Shown here: positions 1 to 20,297 of the stretch, one piece after another
How the letters are laid out: the number at the start of each line of letters is the position of its first letter
How positions within the stretch are numbered: position 1 is the first letter of the stretch
Source of the DNA: the human T2T-CHM13v2.0 reference genome, Homo sapiens
Assembly (NCBI RefSeq): GCF_009914755.1
Contig: NC_060942.1
Reading direction: 5' to 3' (one strand)
DNA length: 64,000 bases
The notes under the pieces: generated by a model
Database searches by the model: none
Seen by the model: the letters and a program-made list of their open reading frames with translations, nothing else
Told to the model about the DNA's origin: nothing
Position numbers and translations under genes: made by a program

Positions 1-622
1 CCAGCTAAAAACCAAGGATGAAATAATAAGTGCTCAAGTGGGCTAGAAATAAATATAGCTGCTGTTTTCCCTATATGAGGGATGTGCAGCAGTAATGAGG
101 CTCAGACAAAGGATTATCATCATAGAGAGGAAATGAGGCATTAAGCAAATAATTAAAGAGTATTAAATCATCTCAGAACACTTGTAAGACTGTAAAAGGC
201 AAACATCGTTAGCAGTATTGTTGAGAAATGATGGTAAGAAAAAGGAAAGGAAATACAGTTAGTGTTTGGGAGGGAGTGTGGTATTGCGATCTCTTACTAG
301 AGGTATGTTTTTTGGGAAATCACTTACTCTTCAAGATTCTTAATTTTTTCATCTTAATGAAAAAATTTCATCTTGCTCTTAAGATGGAGCAAGTAATATC
401 TCCCTCACTGGGGGGACACGAGGATTAAATAAGGGCACAGAGAACTGGTTCTGAGACATTAAGCCGTCAGTAAGTGGTGCCTATTGTTATTCAGGAACAG
501 AAACAAGGTGATGTTTGATCCAGCTAGTTAAATAGCTGTATTCTATCACTGATACAAAAAATGCACTCTAGGAGAGATGACAGCTCGTTAAAGTACCATA
601 TATTTATAATATGATTGGGTAA

Positions 623-956
<334 letters not shown>

Positions 957-1654
957 AAGATGTTTTTATTTAAGCCATACTGCTTTGAAAATTAGTGATC
1001 TTCCACTTTCATTGCATGAATCATTCACAACAGGAAAAGCAATTCACCCAAGATTCTACTATTCCAATGCTATAGGAACTAATCCTCTATAAGAAGTGAA
1101 AGAAGAAAAGACAACGGGGTTGGGGCACCCCTTCAGGGCAGTTGCGGTGTTCACTGACAGAGACTAGGCAAAACCTGGGAGGGAGGGTCTTTCTCTACAG
1201 GAGAAAAATTGCAGAGATTCTGATGAAACAGGAAAAAAAATGTCACTTAGACCACACCTGTATGTAAAAGGTCATCATTAGCCATCAACATTGCAACCAA
1301 AATCGTGTAAGGAGGGAAGGCAGCATAGTTTAGTAACTTATTTGATAAAGTCAAACAAGGATTTGCATACAGTGAAAATTTTCTAAGGATTGTTCAAATG
1401 AAAAGCTGAAAACAGTAATCCTGTATTGGGTATTCCTTTTAGTAGCCACAACTTAATGTTTGGCATTATTTATAAAGCGCTAATTTTCCCCTGTAAACAT
1501 TTGGAATAAAAATATTGAGTATTGCTGAGAAGCCTGCATTACCTTGTAAAAAATAAGCATATCTTCCATGCTTCTTGATTTTAGTTATTGCCTTAATAAG
1601 GTTTTTTGGTAAATGTATCACATGGTAAAAAGTGGATTTAAGCATGATATATCA

Positions 1655-2201
<547 letters not shown>

Positions 2202-2332
2202 CAAGATGCTACCCTTTAAATCCTCATTATAAGACAAGAATAAACCAAGAAACCTAGGAGCACATTGTATAATCAAACACAATTGCTCTTCAAGGCCCGT
2301 GCCATCATATAATGATACAGTAGCAAAATTTA

Positions 2333-2690
<358 letters not shown>

Positions 2691-3245
2691 AGAAAGAGAA
2701 TGCTGTGTAAGGGTATTTCTTGGAAACCTGACTGCTTTGATCAAGTATGACACCCTTTCAAAAAGCACTAGGAATCCCTAACAGATTCCTTCAATTAAGG
2801 AATCATGGGGGAAGGTTGTTTAGACAGCTCTTGTTTTGAGAACTGTAGCAAAGCACACTGTTAACAGAATTAACAGCATTATTTAAAGACTATGTTGGTT
2901 ATGATAATAATAAATATTGCATATTTTTATTCAGTTTATATATTGTAGGGCAAAGACAGTGTTCCCTTATATCAATGCTGTGCATAGCAATGGGGGCTCT
3001 GTACAAAGATGTTTCTTTCCTGAGATTTTTTCTTTTGTCTTGTGCATTTTCACTATTGAACAAGAGACTTTAGTTGCCCCAGGAAGTGAAGAGATCTAGC
3101 CTAGATCAAAGAAATCATTGGTCAGGTTCTCAGTTGACTTTTAAAATCTATAAAGTAGGGTGCATACCACATGCCCTCCAAGAGTGAGTAGGAAGGTGGG
3201 ATCCTGCACATAGAACAGATGTTCTAGAACAGATGTCAGAGGCTC

Positions 3246-3712
3246 TGTGGGAGGCAGAATAATGCCCCTCCCCCAGAGATACATAAGTTCTAATCCTGGA
3301 ACCTATAAATATTATCTTATCTGGCCAAAGGGTCTTTGCAGAACTGATTAAGGATCCTGAGGTGGTGAGATTATCCCGGATTATTAGGGTGGGCCTAATG
3401 TCATCATGGGGTCCTTGTAAGTGGAGGGGGAGTCAGAGTGTTGCAGGCTAAGAAAGACTCAGTGAACCATTGCTGGCTTTGAAGATGGAAGGGGCCAACA
3501 GCCAAGGAATGTGGGTGGCCTCTAGAAACTGGAAAAGACAAGGAAATGGATTCTTCCCAAGAGATTCCAGAAGGAGCAGAGTCCTGCTGACATCTTAATT
3601 TTAGCCTGGTGAGACCTGTATCGGACTTCTGACATTTCAGAATTCCAAGATGATAAATATGTGTTCATCTAAGTCACCAAGTTTATTACAGCAGCCATAA
3701 GAAGTGAATACA
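3246..3712 (+). mobile_element. MaLR solo LTR (MLT1, MLT1D-like)
   Basis: Starts tgtgggaggcagaataatg, ends acagcagccataagaagtgaataca; typical internal MLT1 motifs; near-5-bp TSD ggctc/ggcac. Confidence 0.8.
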
Positions 3713-4322
3713 GGCACTCTCTCTTACACTTTTGTATTCAGTTCACTTTGAGGTGCTTCAGCCTGTGGGTGCCCAGGTAGGAGGCTTTTCTGATTATATG
3801 ATCTAGTTTTCTCTGAATTAGCTTCATGAAATGGACAGATGGTGTAAAAGAATTAACGATAATACCAATAATGTAAGCATACGCCAACAACATAATAAAA
3901 TGTTGACTTGCTTTGATATAGCTCTTCATTAATTACTTTATAAACATGATGATGATCTTATCAGATCTGACAAGAAATTGGCTTACAAATTTAAAATCCT
4001 TGAGAATTTTGAAGAACATTTACTCTTTAAAATGAAGAACTAAGTCTTAATATATGAAGCTTTATTAACTAATTATATATAGTCATCACAATGGAAAAGT
4101 ACTTTCAGAAATACTTGAAGATATAGCTATGAACTTAAAAACAATAACTTGCAAAAGTGTATACAGGACTTTCATAGAAAAAACTCAGAACTCAATGCCA
4201 AAAAAATAAGCAAAACAAATTTTATACCAGGAAGTGCAGTATGTATATAGAATGTAAAAAGGGCCGAAGTAAACAAATGACCAACCTATAACATTGAAAG
4301 AGAAATTCTGACCAAACAATAG

Positions 4323-4667
<345 letters not shown>

Positions 4668-5070
4668 CAGAGACTGTTTTAAAATTTAATCACAAGATAA
4701 TTCTTTCTCATCTAAAATGGATATAGTTAATGGTTATCAAATGTGAATTTCTTGATTCATATGAAAGAATCTGTATGACTTAAAACCAGACAAAGATGTG
4801 AGATACAAAGTAGAAATCCAGCCCTCTAAAGGGAAGCAGAGGGCAGTTACCTTCAAAGATGGAAGGGATGCAACCCTTGAGGCATCTTGGCACCCTAAGG
4901 GAAAGATCAGTGAAATGCTGAAAAATTATTAAAAAAAAACAAAAGAAAAATGTGAAATGCCTGTTCATGTGTGACTACTACAATGTCTCAGAACAAACTT
5001 CAGAATGTTACTGTTGATAATATTTGCTTTTTTCCCATCAGTTTAAGATATATTCTAGGTATTAAAAAAA

Positions 5071-5071
<1 letters not shown>

Positions 5072-5125
<54 letters not shown>
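5072..5125. repeat. (AC)27 microsatellite
   Basis: Uninterrupted dinucleotide run. Confidence 0.97.
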
Positions 5126-5128
<3 letters not shown>

Positions 5129-6164
5129 ACCAAAAATAAGAAACAAAACTTGAAGGTGGGAAGCAGGTAAAGGAATGGGTTAAAGGGTTGGCTTGGAGAC
5201 ATCTGGCAATGCTTGCCCTCCCCCTCCCTCCTCGTGGATTCTTTACACATTTGCAGGAATGTCTGATGATGCATGAGACTGGCCTCTTTCATCCGGCCTC
5301 CTTTCTGGTCTCCAGAACCCTCCGAGGCCCTTTACTGTCGACTCCACTGCAGGGACATGTTAATAAGAAACAGATTTGATACTGGGAATGCTGTCATGGA
5401 GAACCCTGGGCTTAGCTCATTCACACTCAGTTTACCTTTAGCGGATCTGGTTTCATGCATTCCTGATCTATTTATGCATGTCTGCCTCTCTAGAAAGACT
5501 ATAAGGCCCTACCCCTGTGCTCTGTCTCCTCCAGGCACAATGTTTTTGCACACTAAAGCACTGAATGAACGTTTACTAAGTTAAAAAATAATATTTGAAG
5601 AAGATTCTTTGTATTATTTATTGTATTACTTGCAATGCAGGATCTGTGGTTTCTGGAAGAATTTAAAGTCACTTATCTCTCTGCTCATGTTAAAACCAAA
5701 GGACTCCTAAACCTCAAACTGTAATTGCTGACCTCAAACAACAAACCTTTTCATCAGCTAGAGCAACAAAGTTAAAAACCTGGCTGCCAAATAAACTCTC
5801 CTCTCTGTTTGACCGTTAATGGGTTTCAGGAATGTAATTTTAGATACCCCATCATCCAGGGTCAGGTTGCCCTCATTTTGGTGACACTGGGAATGTCTGA
5901 AAAATAATCTCTAGCCTTGTATGTATCAGACAAACGGTATCATTGTATCCTTTTTTTTAAGCAGACCTATCTTTTCCCTTCTCTAAATATCATCAAGAAG
6001 AGAAGGTAATCAGCCATTTCAGTGGGAAGCTGATATGTGTGGAGAATTGCTACCCACCTCAGCAAATCAGAACATGAATGATGGATTTAAAGGTATATTT
6101 CCATGTGTCTAGGTCTAGGACCCACACAAATATAACTAGGCCAATGTGCCATAATTGTTGTTCA

Positions 6165-6445
6165 AGTATCTCCCAAATTGTATGCCTTGGAAGACCAGTT
6201 CTGAGAGATATAAAAGTATGTCTTAAGAAAAAAAAAATTTGTGGTTAATTTGGAAAATTCTGGATCAATTAGAATTAAAGAGGTTTCTTGATTGTAGGGT
6301 TTCTTAGAGTCCTCGATATGTTAATAAGCACTGTGATTTCTTAAGAGGTTTACAACCTGTAACTAGGGTAAGATATACTTTTATTGTTTTTAAATTTATT
6401 TCTAGAACACCTCATAAAATCCTGGCATATAGTTTGGAAAGGCCA
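6165..6445. mobile_element. hAT-Charlie-like DNA transposon relic (Charlie4-like)
   Basis: Degenerate resemblance (tttggaaaattctgg…aggtttcttgattgtaggg…ttagagtcc…atatgttaat); recognised by eye only. Confidence 0.4.
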
Positions 6446-6551
6446 GCAAGCCTCCCCCTTGATTCCCATTTTTTTTTTGTGGAATTCCTAAGCATTGTTG
6501 AGAATTTCTGAACTTCAGGATTATTAACAGTACCCTGCGGGCTGGGTGAGG

Positions 6552-6840
6552 TTTTTTTTTTTTTTTTTTTTTTTTGACAGTGTTTCACTCTGTTGCCCTC
6601 TGGTGCAATCACAGCTCACTGCGGACTCGAACTCCTGGGCTTAAGTGATCCTCCCACTTCAGTCTTCCAAGTAGTTGGGACTGCAGGCATGTGTCATGAA
6701 GCCCGGCTAATTTTTGTATTTTTTGTAGAGTTGGGGTCTTGCCATGTTGCTCAGGCTAGTCTCAAATTCCTGGGCTCAAGCGATCTGTCCCCTACGGCCT
6801 CTCAAAGTGTTGAAATTACAGGTGTGAGCTACCAACCCAG
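6552..6840 (-). mobile_element. AluJ with small deletion
   Basis: Poly-T then reverse-complement Alu with J-type ctcctgggctcaag. Confidence 0.88.
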
Positions 6841-7342
6841 GGCAAGGGTATTTTTAAACAATATCAAGGAAGGAGAGATTTTCCTTGCCTTGGTTTAGCT
6901 CCTGAAAAAGCCTTTGGGGATTCCAATGACTTGGAGTCATCTTTGGGATATCCAAAGACGAGCTGGGGCCCTTGATTGATTCTGAAGCCCCAAGACCTCA
7001 TACTGGCCTGGAATCACCTGCCAGAGCAATAAAGTGATGAAAGTGCCCAGAGGAAGTACAGGCTGAAATAACACATTTAGAGAAGAGAGTAATTTTTAAA
7101 AAGGAATAAGGAAAGGAAGTGATTAGTCTTTTCGCTTCCCTATTTCTTCCTCGAGTATTTCTTTAAAGGAGAAATTCCTTGTAATGTCTATTCTTTTTTT
7201 GTTTTCATATACTGTAGTTTTTTCCTCCAGCTTCCTAATTTATTAGTCTTTTTCACCACCACCAACAGAATTAGGCTCTACATCTCATGCTGCTAATCAC
7301 TGAGGCCAAGACTTATGATTCAGACATGCTGGCGGTAGCAGG

Positions 7343-7406
7343 CTTCTAATCATGTGCTGAAGAAATAAATATAACTTCTAATCATGTGCTGAAGAAATAA
7401 ATACAA
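7343..7406. repeat. 32-bp tandem duplication
   Basis: cttctaatcatgtgctgaagaaataaata(t/c)aa twice, 31/32 identical. Confidence 0.95.
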
Positions 7407-7624
7407 GTTTGGAAAATGGTACAGTATTGGCCTGCCATGCAAAACAGTATTTGGTATAGGTGGAAGGTGTATATAAGGGTCTGGTTTAGTGGAGACACTC
7501 ACATAAAGACCATTCCTGACAAAGGGGTCTGACTCCCTTTTTTTCTCAGGCCAGGTGATTTCCGTAGTTGATATGCTAATTCGAAAAATCATAAGTAGGA
7601 TGAACATCAATTACTCAGAAAAAG

Positions 7625-7898
7625 GGCAGGTGCAGGGGGTCATGCCTGTAATCCCAGCACTTTGGGAGGTGGAGGCGGGTGGATCACCTGAGGTCAGGAG
7701 TTTAAGACCAGCCTGGCCAACACAGTGAAATCCCATCTCCACTGCGTGATGGTGAACATCTGTAATCCTAGCTACTGGGGAGGCTGAGGCAGAAGAATCC
7801 CTTGAACCTGGGAGATGGAGGTTGCAGTGAGCTACATCGCGCCACTGCATTCCAGCCTGGGCGATAGAGCAAGACTCTGTCTCAAAAAAAAAAAAAAA
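7625..7898 (+). mobile_element. AluS lacking the A-rich linker
   Basis: Left arm joins right arm at catctccactgcgtgatgg; TSD aattactcagaaaa. Confidence 0.9.
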
Positions 7899-8086
7899 AT
7901 TACTCAGAAAAGTTAAATGAACATGTGTATGACTTCCAGCAAGTAAGCTTTTTTATTATATCTTTACATTTATGGGCCTGTATTTACATTTGTTATTGTA
8001 ACAATATAAAGATAAATACAAACCCAAAAGAAAAACAAAAGAAGTCCTTTATAATTCCACCAAACATTTTAAAAAAGAATTGAGGA

Positions 8087-8420
<334 letters not shown>

Positions 8421-9550
8421 TCATTTAATACTTCATATAAGGAAGGAAAAATAGAAAATCTTGAATCCACGTAATGGTGGTTTGTATTTTTCACTGTATT
8501 TGCTTAAGTCAATGTTTTCTTTAGTTCATCTTAATCAAGAAAGAGCTATCCTTAGGAGGACTTTGAAAAATTTACTAATTATTTTAACATATCCTCAGAA
8601 CAATACCAAGGGAAACAAATTCCTGGCCGCTGGTGAGCTACCTCTGGTAATGTAACTTAGCACAAGATCAAAGGTTAAGTGCCTCTTACCAGAGGAGAGA
8701 AGTAATCATTTCCATTATGTGTATTTTTTGGAGTGTTTTTTTTGTTAATACAAAATGAAATGGACTTTCCCCTCTACAAACCATTAATAGCTGTGTATGT
8801 GCAGCCAAGGCATATTATGAGTCAATTATAAAGTTCTCATGGTCTCCAGAGTTCAAATGTAATTTTATCATTTTAATTAGTAGTTTATCCTTTTACCAGG
8901 CATCAGAGTGTCTTGTGACAATGTACACAATGGCCTACCTTCACTCCCAATTTACAGCAGGATGGGGAGGCATAAGCTCTTCAAGGTTGTTCAATACCTC
9001 TTCCCATTTATTTACACTGGCAGTGGTTCAGGTCTTGGGAAGTTAACCCTGTTTCTGCAAGCGAGGGCCAAATGGTCAGGTCTGGTTGAGATCTGCATAT
9101 GGCAGCTCTTTGCTAGCTACTCAGTACTTTAAAGATTCAAAGCACTCTCCTGTTACTGAGTTCACATATACTCCTTGGGAGAGGGATATTATCTTAGAAT
9201 TATCCTCCTGAAACAACTTCTGTTATTAACTTTTCTCATTCCACATTAGGAAATCAAGAAGCTCTGTCCCTGGAAATTCAAACAACTTCTCTAGTGTTCC
9301 AGAACTAGCAAATGAGGTGGGCCTGAAGCCAACACAGAGCTGGGACCTAGGTTAGTAATTCTGGACTTGGAGCTTCAAGGCTCTGCTCATGCCGATGAAA
9401 GCCACGCAGCATGACTATCATGAAGCAGGCACCCTGGATCACTGAAAGCTCTTTAACTCTTGGCTTAAGGTATTCTGGCTTTTTCAGTATAAAAGCCATT
9501 ACATTTCTTTGCACTGCTAATGTCAAGGAACAAATGTGAGGCAAACTATA

Positions 9551-9852
9551 TTTTCTTTTTCAGAGACAGAGTCTATGTCGCTCAGGCTGGAGTGCAGTGG
9601 TGCCATCATAGCTACTGCAGCCTCGAACTCCTGGGCTCAAGCGATCCTCCTGCCTCAGCGTCTTGAATAGCTGGGACTTCAGGTGTACCCTACCATGTCT
9701 CACTTATTTAAATTTTTTTTTTTTGTAGAGATTGGGGTCTCCCTATGTTGCTCAGGCTGGTCTTGAACTCTTGGGCTCAAGTGATTCTTCCATCTCAACC
9801 TGCCAGCCTCCCAAAGTGCTGGGATTACAGGCATCAGCCATAGTGTCTGGCC
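9551..9852 (-). mobile_element. AluJ
   Basis: Reverse-complement dimer; degenerate TSD caaacta(t/c)at(t/c)ttc. Confidence 0.88.
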
Positions 9853-10561
9853 ACAAACTACATCTTCTAACATTTGATTTTCTCCTTCCATGTACACTAA
9901 TCTGCATGTTGAAGAAATGCAAAATATTTAATTATACTGCATGGGCAGAAACATGTTAGAAAACGGATATTAATGTGAAGGCAATCACTGCAGAGATGTG
10001 TGCCAGTCAGATTAGTGGTACAGCTTCCTGCTGAAGATGATTAAAAAGAAAAGAGAAACTCACACATCCAGGGGTAATTGACTCAGTGCAATTTGGCATA
10101 TAATTATACTGAGGACCATAAATTCTCTATGATTTCACAGCTGAAGTAAGACGACCCCAATACACTTAAAATGGAAGTATTATTCTCTGCTGAAAATCTG
10201 TTTATTGAAAAGGACAAAAGGGAATCCAGATTGGGCTAGGAAGCTGCTAGAGGAGCATTTAGTCTCAGCATCTCAGTGTCATGATCAGTGTCTGATGTTG
10301 CACTGTTTGTATCAGTGGCTGATGTAAGCTGATGATGGCATTTTTTTTTATTATAGTTTTAAGTTCTGGGATACATGTGCAGAACGTGCAGGTTTGTTAC
10401 ATAGGTATCCATGTGCCATGGTGGTTAGCTGCACCCATCAACCCATTGTCTACATTAGGTATTTCTCCTAATGCTATCCCTCCCCTAGCCACCCCCCCCT
10501 CAGCCCCCAACAGGCCCCAGAGTGTGACGTTCCCCTCCCTGTGTCCATGTGTTCTCATTGT

Positions 10562-14682
<4,121 letters not shown>

Positions 14683-14745
14683 TATGATGTTTCCTGGTTA
14701 TTTTGCCCATTAGTTGAAGCAGTTTCTTCATAGTGTCAATGGTCT

Positions 14746-15727
14746 TTACAATTTGATATGTTTCTGCAGTGGCTGGTACTGGTTTTTCCTTTCCATCTTT
14801 AGTGCTTCCTCCAGGAGCTCTTGTAAGGCAGGCCTGGTGGTGACAAAAATCTCTCAGCATTTGCTTGTCTGTAAAGGATTTTATTTCTTCTTCACTTAAG
14901 AAGCTTAGTTTGGCTGGATATGAAATTCTGGGTTGAAAATTCCTTTCTTTAAGAATGTTGAATATTAGCCTCCACTGTCTTCTGGCTTGTAGGGTTTCTG
15001 CAGAGAGATCTGCTGTTAGTCTGATGGGCTTCCCTTTGTGGGTAACCCGACCTTTCTCTCTGATGATTATGTGTCTTGGGGTTGCTCTTCTTGAGGAGTA
15101 TCTTTGTAGTGTTCTCTGTATTTCCTGAATTTGAATGTTGGCCTGTCTTGCTAGGTTAGGGAAGTTCTCCTGGGTAATATCCTGAAGAACGTTTTCCAAC
15201 TTGGTTCCTTTCTCCCCATCACTTTCAGGTACACCAATCAAACATAAGTTTGGTCTTTTCACATAGTCCCATATTTCTTGGAGGCTTTGTTCATTCCTTT
15301 TCATTCTTTCTTCTCTAATCTTGTCTTCATGCTTTATTTCATTAAGTTGATCTTCAATCTCTGATATCCTTTCTTCCGCTTGATCGATTTGGCTATTGAT
15401 ACTTGTGTATGCTTCACGAAGTCCTCGTGCTGTGTTTCTCAGCTACATCAGGTCATTTATGTTCTTCTCTAATCTGGTTATTCTAGCTATCAATTCCTCT
15501 AACCTTTTTTCAAGGTTCTTAGCTTCCTTGCATTGGGTTAGAACACGCTCCTTTTGCTCGGAGGAGTTTGTTATTACCCAACTTCTGAAGCCTACTTCCA
15601 TCAATTCGTCAAACTCATTCTCCATCCAGTTTTGTTCCCTTGCTGGCGAGGAGTTGTGATCCTTTGGAGGAGAAGAGGCATTCTGGTTTTCGGAATTTTC
15701 AGCCTTTTTGCACTGGTTTTTCCTCAT
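14746..15727 (-). pseudogene. L1 ORF1p remnant (frameshifted, 15-codon internal deletion)
   Basis: MRKNQCKKAENSENQNASSPPK… and …RNEQSLQEIWDYVKRPNL…NFQPRISYPAKLSF in broken frames. Confidence 0.9.
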
Positions 15728-17049
15728 CTTCGTGGATTTATCTACCTTTGGTCTTTGATGTTGGTGACTTTCAGATGGGGTTTTTGTGTGGATGTCCTTT
15801 TTGTTGATGTTGATGCTATTCCTTTCTGTTTGTTAGTTTTCCTTCTAACCTGCCCTCTGCTGTAGGTCTGCTGGAGTTTTCTGGAGGTCCGCTCCAGATC
15901 CTGTTGCCTGGGTATCACCAGCGGAGGCTGCAGAACAGCAAAGATTGCTGTTCTTTCCTCTGGAAGCTTCATCCCAGAGGGGCATCTGCCAGATGACAGC
16001 CAGAGCTCTCCTGTATGTGGTGTCTGTTGACTCCTGCTGGGAGGTATCTCCCAGTCAGGAGGCATGGGGGTCAGGGACCCACTTGAGGAAGCAGAGTGTC
16101 CCTTAGCAGAGCTTGAGCACTGTGCTGGGAGATCCACTGCTCTCTTCAGAGCTGTCAGACAGAAACGTTTAAGCCTGCTGAAGCTGTCTCCATAGCTGCC
16201 CCTTCCCCCAGGTGCTCTGTCCCAGGGAGATGGGAGTTTTACTTATAGGCCCCTGACTGGGGCTGCTGCGTTTCTTTCAGAGATGCCCTGCCCAGAGAGG
16301 AGGAAGCTAGAGAGGCAGTCTGGCTACAGTGGCTTTGCTGAGCTGCGGTTCAAACTTCCCCATGGCTTTGTTTACACTGTGAAGGGAAAACTGCCTACTC
16401 AAGCCTCAGCAATGGTGGACGCCCCGCCCCTGACCAAGCTCAAGCGTCCCAGGTGGACTTCAGGCTGCTGTTCTGGCAATGAGAATTTCAAGCCAGTGGA
16501 TCTTAGCTTGCTAGGCTCTCTGGGGGTGGGATCCGCTGAGCTAGACCACTTGGCTCCCTGGCTTCAGCCCCCTTTCCAGGGTAGTGAAAGATTCTGTCTC
16601 GCTGGTGTTCCAGGCACCACTGGGGTATGAAAAAACTCCCGCAGCTAGCTAGGTGTCTGTCTAAATAGCCACCCAGTTTTTGTGCTTGAAACCCAGGGCC
16701 CTGGTGGTGTAGGCACCCAAGGGAATCTCCTGGTTTGCGGGCTGTGAAGACCATGGGAAAAGCATAGTATCTGAGCCGGAACGCACTGTTCCTCACAGCA
16801 CAGTCCCTCAAGGCTTCCTTCGGCTAGGGGAGGAAGTTCCTCAACCCCTTGTGCTTCCCGAGTAAGGCAAAACCCCACCCTGCTTCAGCTCGCCCTCTGT
16901 GGGCTATACCCACTATCTAACCAGTCCCAGTGAGATGGGCCGTGTACCTCAGCTGGAAATGCAGAAATCACCTGCCTTCTGTGTTGATCTCACTGGGAGC
17001 TGCAGACTGGAGCTGTTCCTATTCAGCCATCTTGCCAGCCACCTAGCAT

Positions 17050-17366
<317 letters not shown>

Positions 17367-17367
17367 A

Positions 17368-17636
17368 CTTTGTTGCCCAGGCTGGAATGCAGTAGTGGGA
17401 TCATAGCTTACTGCAGCCTTGACCTCCTGGGCTTACGTGATCCTCCTGCTTCAGCCTCCTTAGTAGCTAGGACTACAGGAGTGCACTCTGCCATACCAGG
17501 CTAAGTTTTAAATTTTTTGTTGAGGTGGGGTTGTGCTATGTTACCCAGGCTGGTCTTGAATTCCTGGCTCAAATGATCTTCCAGGCTCGGCCTCCCAAAG
17601 TGCTGGGACTATAGGTGTGACCCACAGCACCTGGCC
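17368..17636 (-). mobile_element. AluJ lacking its extreme 3' end
   Basis: J-type gcagccttgacctcctgggct; ends ctggcc followed by tgatgatggc. Confidence 0.88.
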
Positions 17637-18488
17637 TGATGATGGCTTTTTAAGTGTACTAATGATCTCATCAGAGGAGCCAAATGCCACATGACTCAAG
17701 AAGAAAGAACCAAACAGTCCGGATCCAGGGTGAAAGCCTTCTTCAGCTATTCTTCATTCTGTAGTGTCTATGTGTGGTGTTCCCGTTAAGGGTGAGAAGG
17801 GAAAGCAATGACCCTGTGTTGGGGCCTCCAAAAGCAATCACGTCCCTCCCTACAAATCATTGAGAATCCTGGTTGCTGAAGAATGTTAAAATAATAATAT
17901 GTGATTAGGAGAATGACAGTGCTGCAACATCAAAGAAAAAAGCCGGGCAAAGCAGAAGGATTCGACCCATGCTTATGTGATAAATTTGGTGCCAGCTAGT
18001 TGAGCTGAGGAATCTGAGAGATTAGAAGTTGTTGGAGAATCTGTGGTTTCAGCTAAAGCAGCAGAGAATATGGCCAAGGAGTCCATTTGGGTCTAAAGTA
18101 GAGAAGAGGTTGGTGCAGAGAAGCTCTGTGGGCTGAGTCCAGGAGACTGTTTGGACTTTGGGTGATAAAGAAGAGAGAAGATACCATCTGAAGCTGGGTT
18201 GGTATATTTTGGGTTCAGAGCAAAGAGGGACCTGTTTCTCTAGGATGAATTGAGGTAATTCTGCTGCGATCTGGCAGATGGACATAGAGAGAGATAAGAC
18301 AAGATGACCTCAAGAGTCAAGAGTGAGAAGAGTCGTAGGAGGGGCTCTGTGTGTGTGAGAGACGGAGAGACATAGGGAGTTCTTGAAGTGACTGTTTAAG
18401 ATTTCAAATGTGTGCCAAGATATCGGGGTAAGGTTGAGATGTATACATTTATGTTATTCTCTATGTATGAGTACCCTGACACTACCTT

Positions 18489-18773
<285 letters not shown>

Positions 18774-20278
18774 CTCCTGACGTCTACCTTGAATTTTAAA
18801 ATAGCAGGTGTGCTTCATGGTGCTCAATTGGATATGCTTCACAGGAGTAAACATGTTTGGGAAATGTTATCAAAACCAGGAAGGCATAAATTGCTACCTT
18901 TCTATGGGATGGCAATAGACAAGTTCCCAAGAGAGGCAGCAACAGACCCCTAGGGGAGAGCCTGGCAGGGTTGTGGACTTCCTGCATGCAGGCGCCCTAG
19001 GATCCTGGGCTTCTTCCTAGACCCTTCCCTGGGTTTGAGAGACAGGGGAGCGAGGCAGGCTATGGGATCCTATATGTATCATCTTAGAAGTAATCAGATA
19101 CAACAAGGTAGCTGGCATCTTAGCAAATCACACAGCTGGAAGACTTTAAGTAAATCTCTGTGGGGAGCCAGAGGGCTCAGATCTGGAAGGAGACAGCTGC
19201 TGGATGAGGAATAAGTAACAACTGAAAAGTCAGGGCAGCCCAGTGGCAGGCCCCTTACCAGTGGGGTTGAGGAGAATGACAGGCTCGCTCCTGCAGCCAC
19301 TCAGGTACAGGCAGTTCATCCAGGAAGCAGTAAGGGACAGAGGGAGAAGAGAGAGGACAGGGATCCAAGTCCCAGAAAGGAGTATAAGATGGAGACTTTG
19401 TCTTAGAAATTGACATGAAAGCTTACTTGCTAGGACAAAGGCAAGCAAGGGTCTCTGGAGTGTTCTCAATTCTGTGAAGGCAGGATCAGCCCAGAGCTGG
19501 TTAAGATGTGGAGCCTGATGGTGCCAACAGGTCATGAGGCCATTCAGGGAAAACAAGGGTTAGGAAGGAGGATGGGGACCCAGGCACATGATGGCACTAG
19601 AGGTCCTGAATTCCAAATTCCAGAATCTTTGAAGTGGTGTCAAGATTGTGTCTCAGGATCACCGGATATAGCTGGTCCTTGGGATGGAATGTGGCGCTGT
19701 CCTGACAAAAGACCTGAACTTGCCAACTGAGAGCCTTTGATTCACGTGCTCTGAATTTTATTGCATTTACTCCAAATGCCACTGGGCAGTTGTCCATGCA
19801 TAGGCTGGAGAAATTAATAGGAAGGGCAAGAAAACATGAGAAGTATCATAAAGAAATACTATAAAGGACAAATAAATGAGACTGGTAGTGAACTAGACAG
19901 ACACAGAAAATAGAGGACAGAAATTCCCAGAACTGCTTCAAGCACGAAAGTGCAGTGGCCCTGATCTCTGTAGAAGGAGGAGTGTGAGGAGGATGTGTGT
20001 TCAGAGGAGAGCGAGTGGCTGTTGTCCACTTGTTTCTTTTTAGAAGACGGAGGGATATTTGAAAGTTCACTAGATATGGACACATTCTCTGCATTCTTCT
20101 TCTCTTTTCGTTCTTTTTTGTTTTTTGTTTTTGTTTTTTAATTCTAGAAAAGAATTGTTTCTTATTTTCCTCCCGAAGATGCAACCAAATGCCCTCTTTT
20201 CTGGAAACATTTTAGTTGCAGCTTCACAGACTCCATTTACGGTTGACATGCATTCTTTCCCCTATGAACACACCTCAG

Positions 20279-20297
20279 CAGCCGCCAGAGGGAGACT
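20279..20297 (+). promoter_or_regulatory. Candidate CTCF motif
   Basis: cagCCGCCAGAGGGAGact resembles the CTCF core consensus; lies in non-repeat sequence with retained CpGs. Confidence 0.45.
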
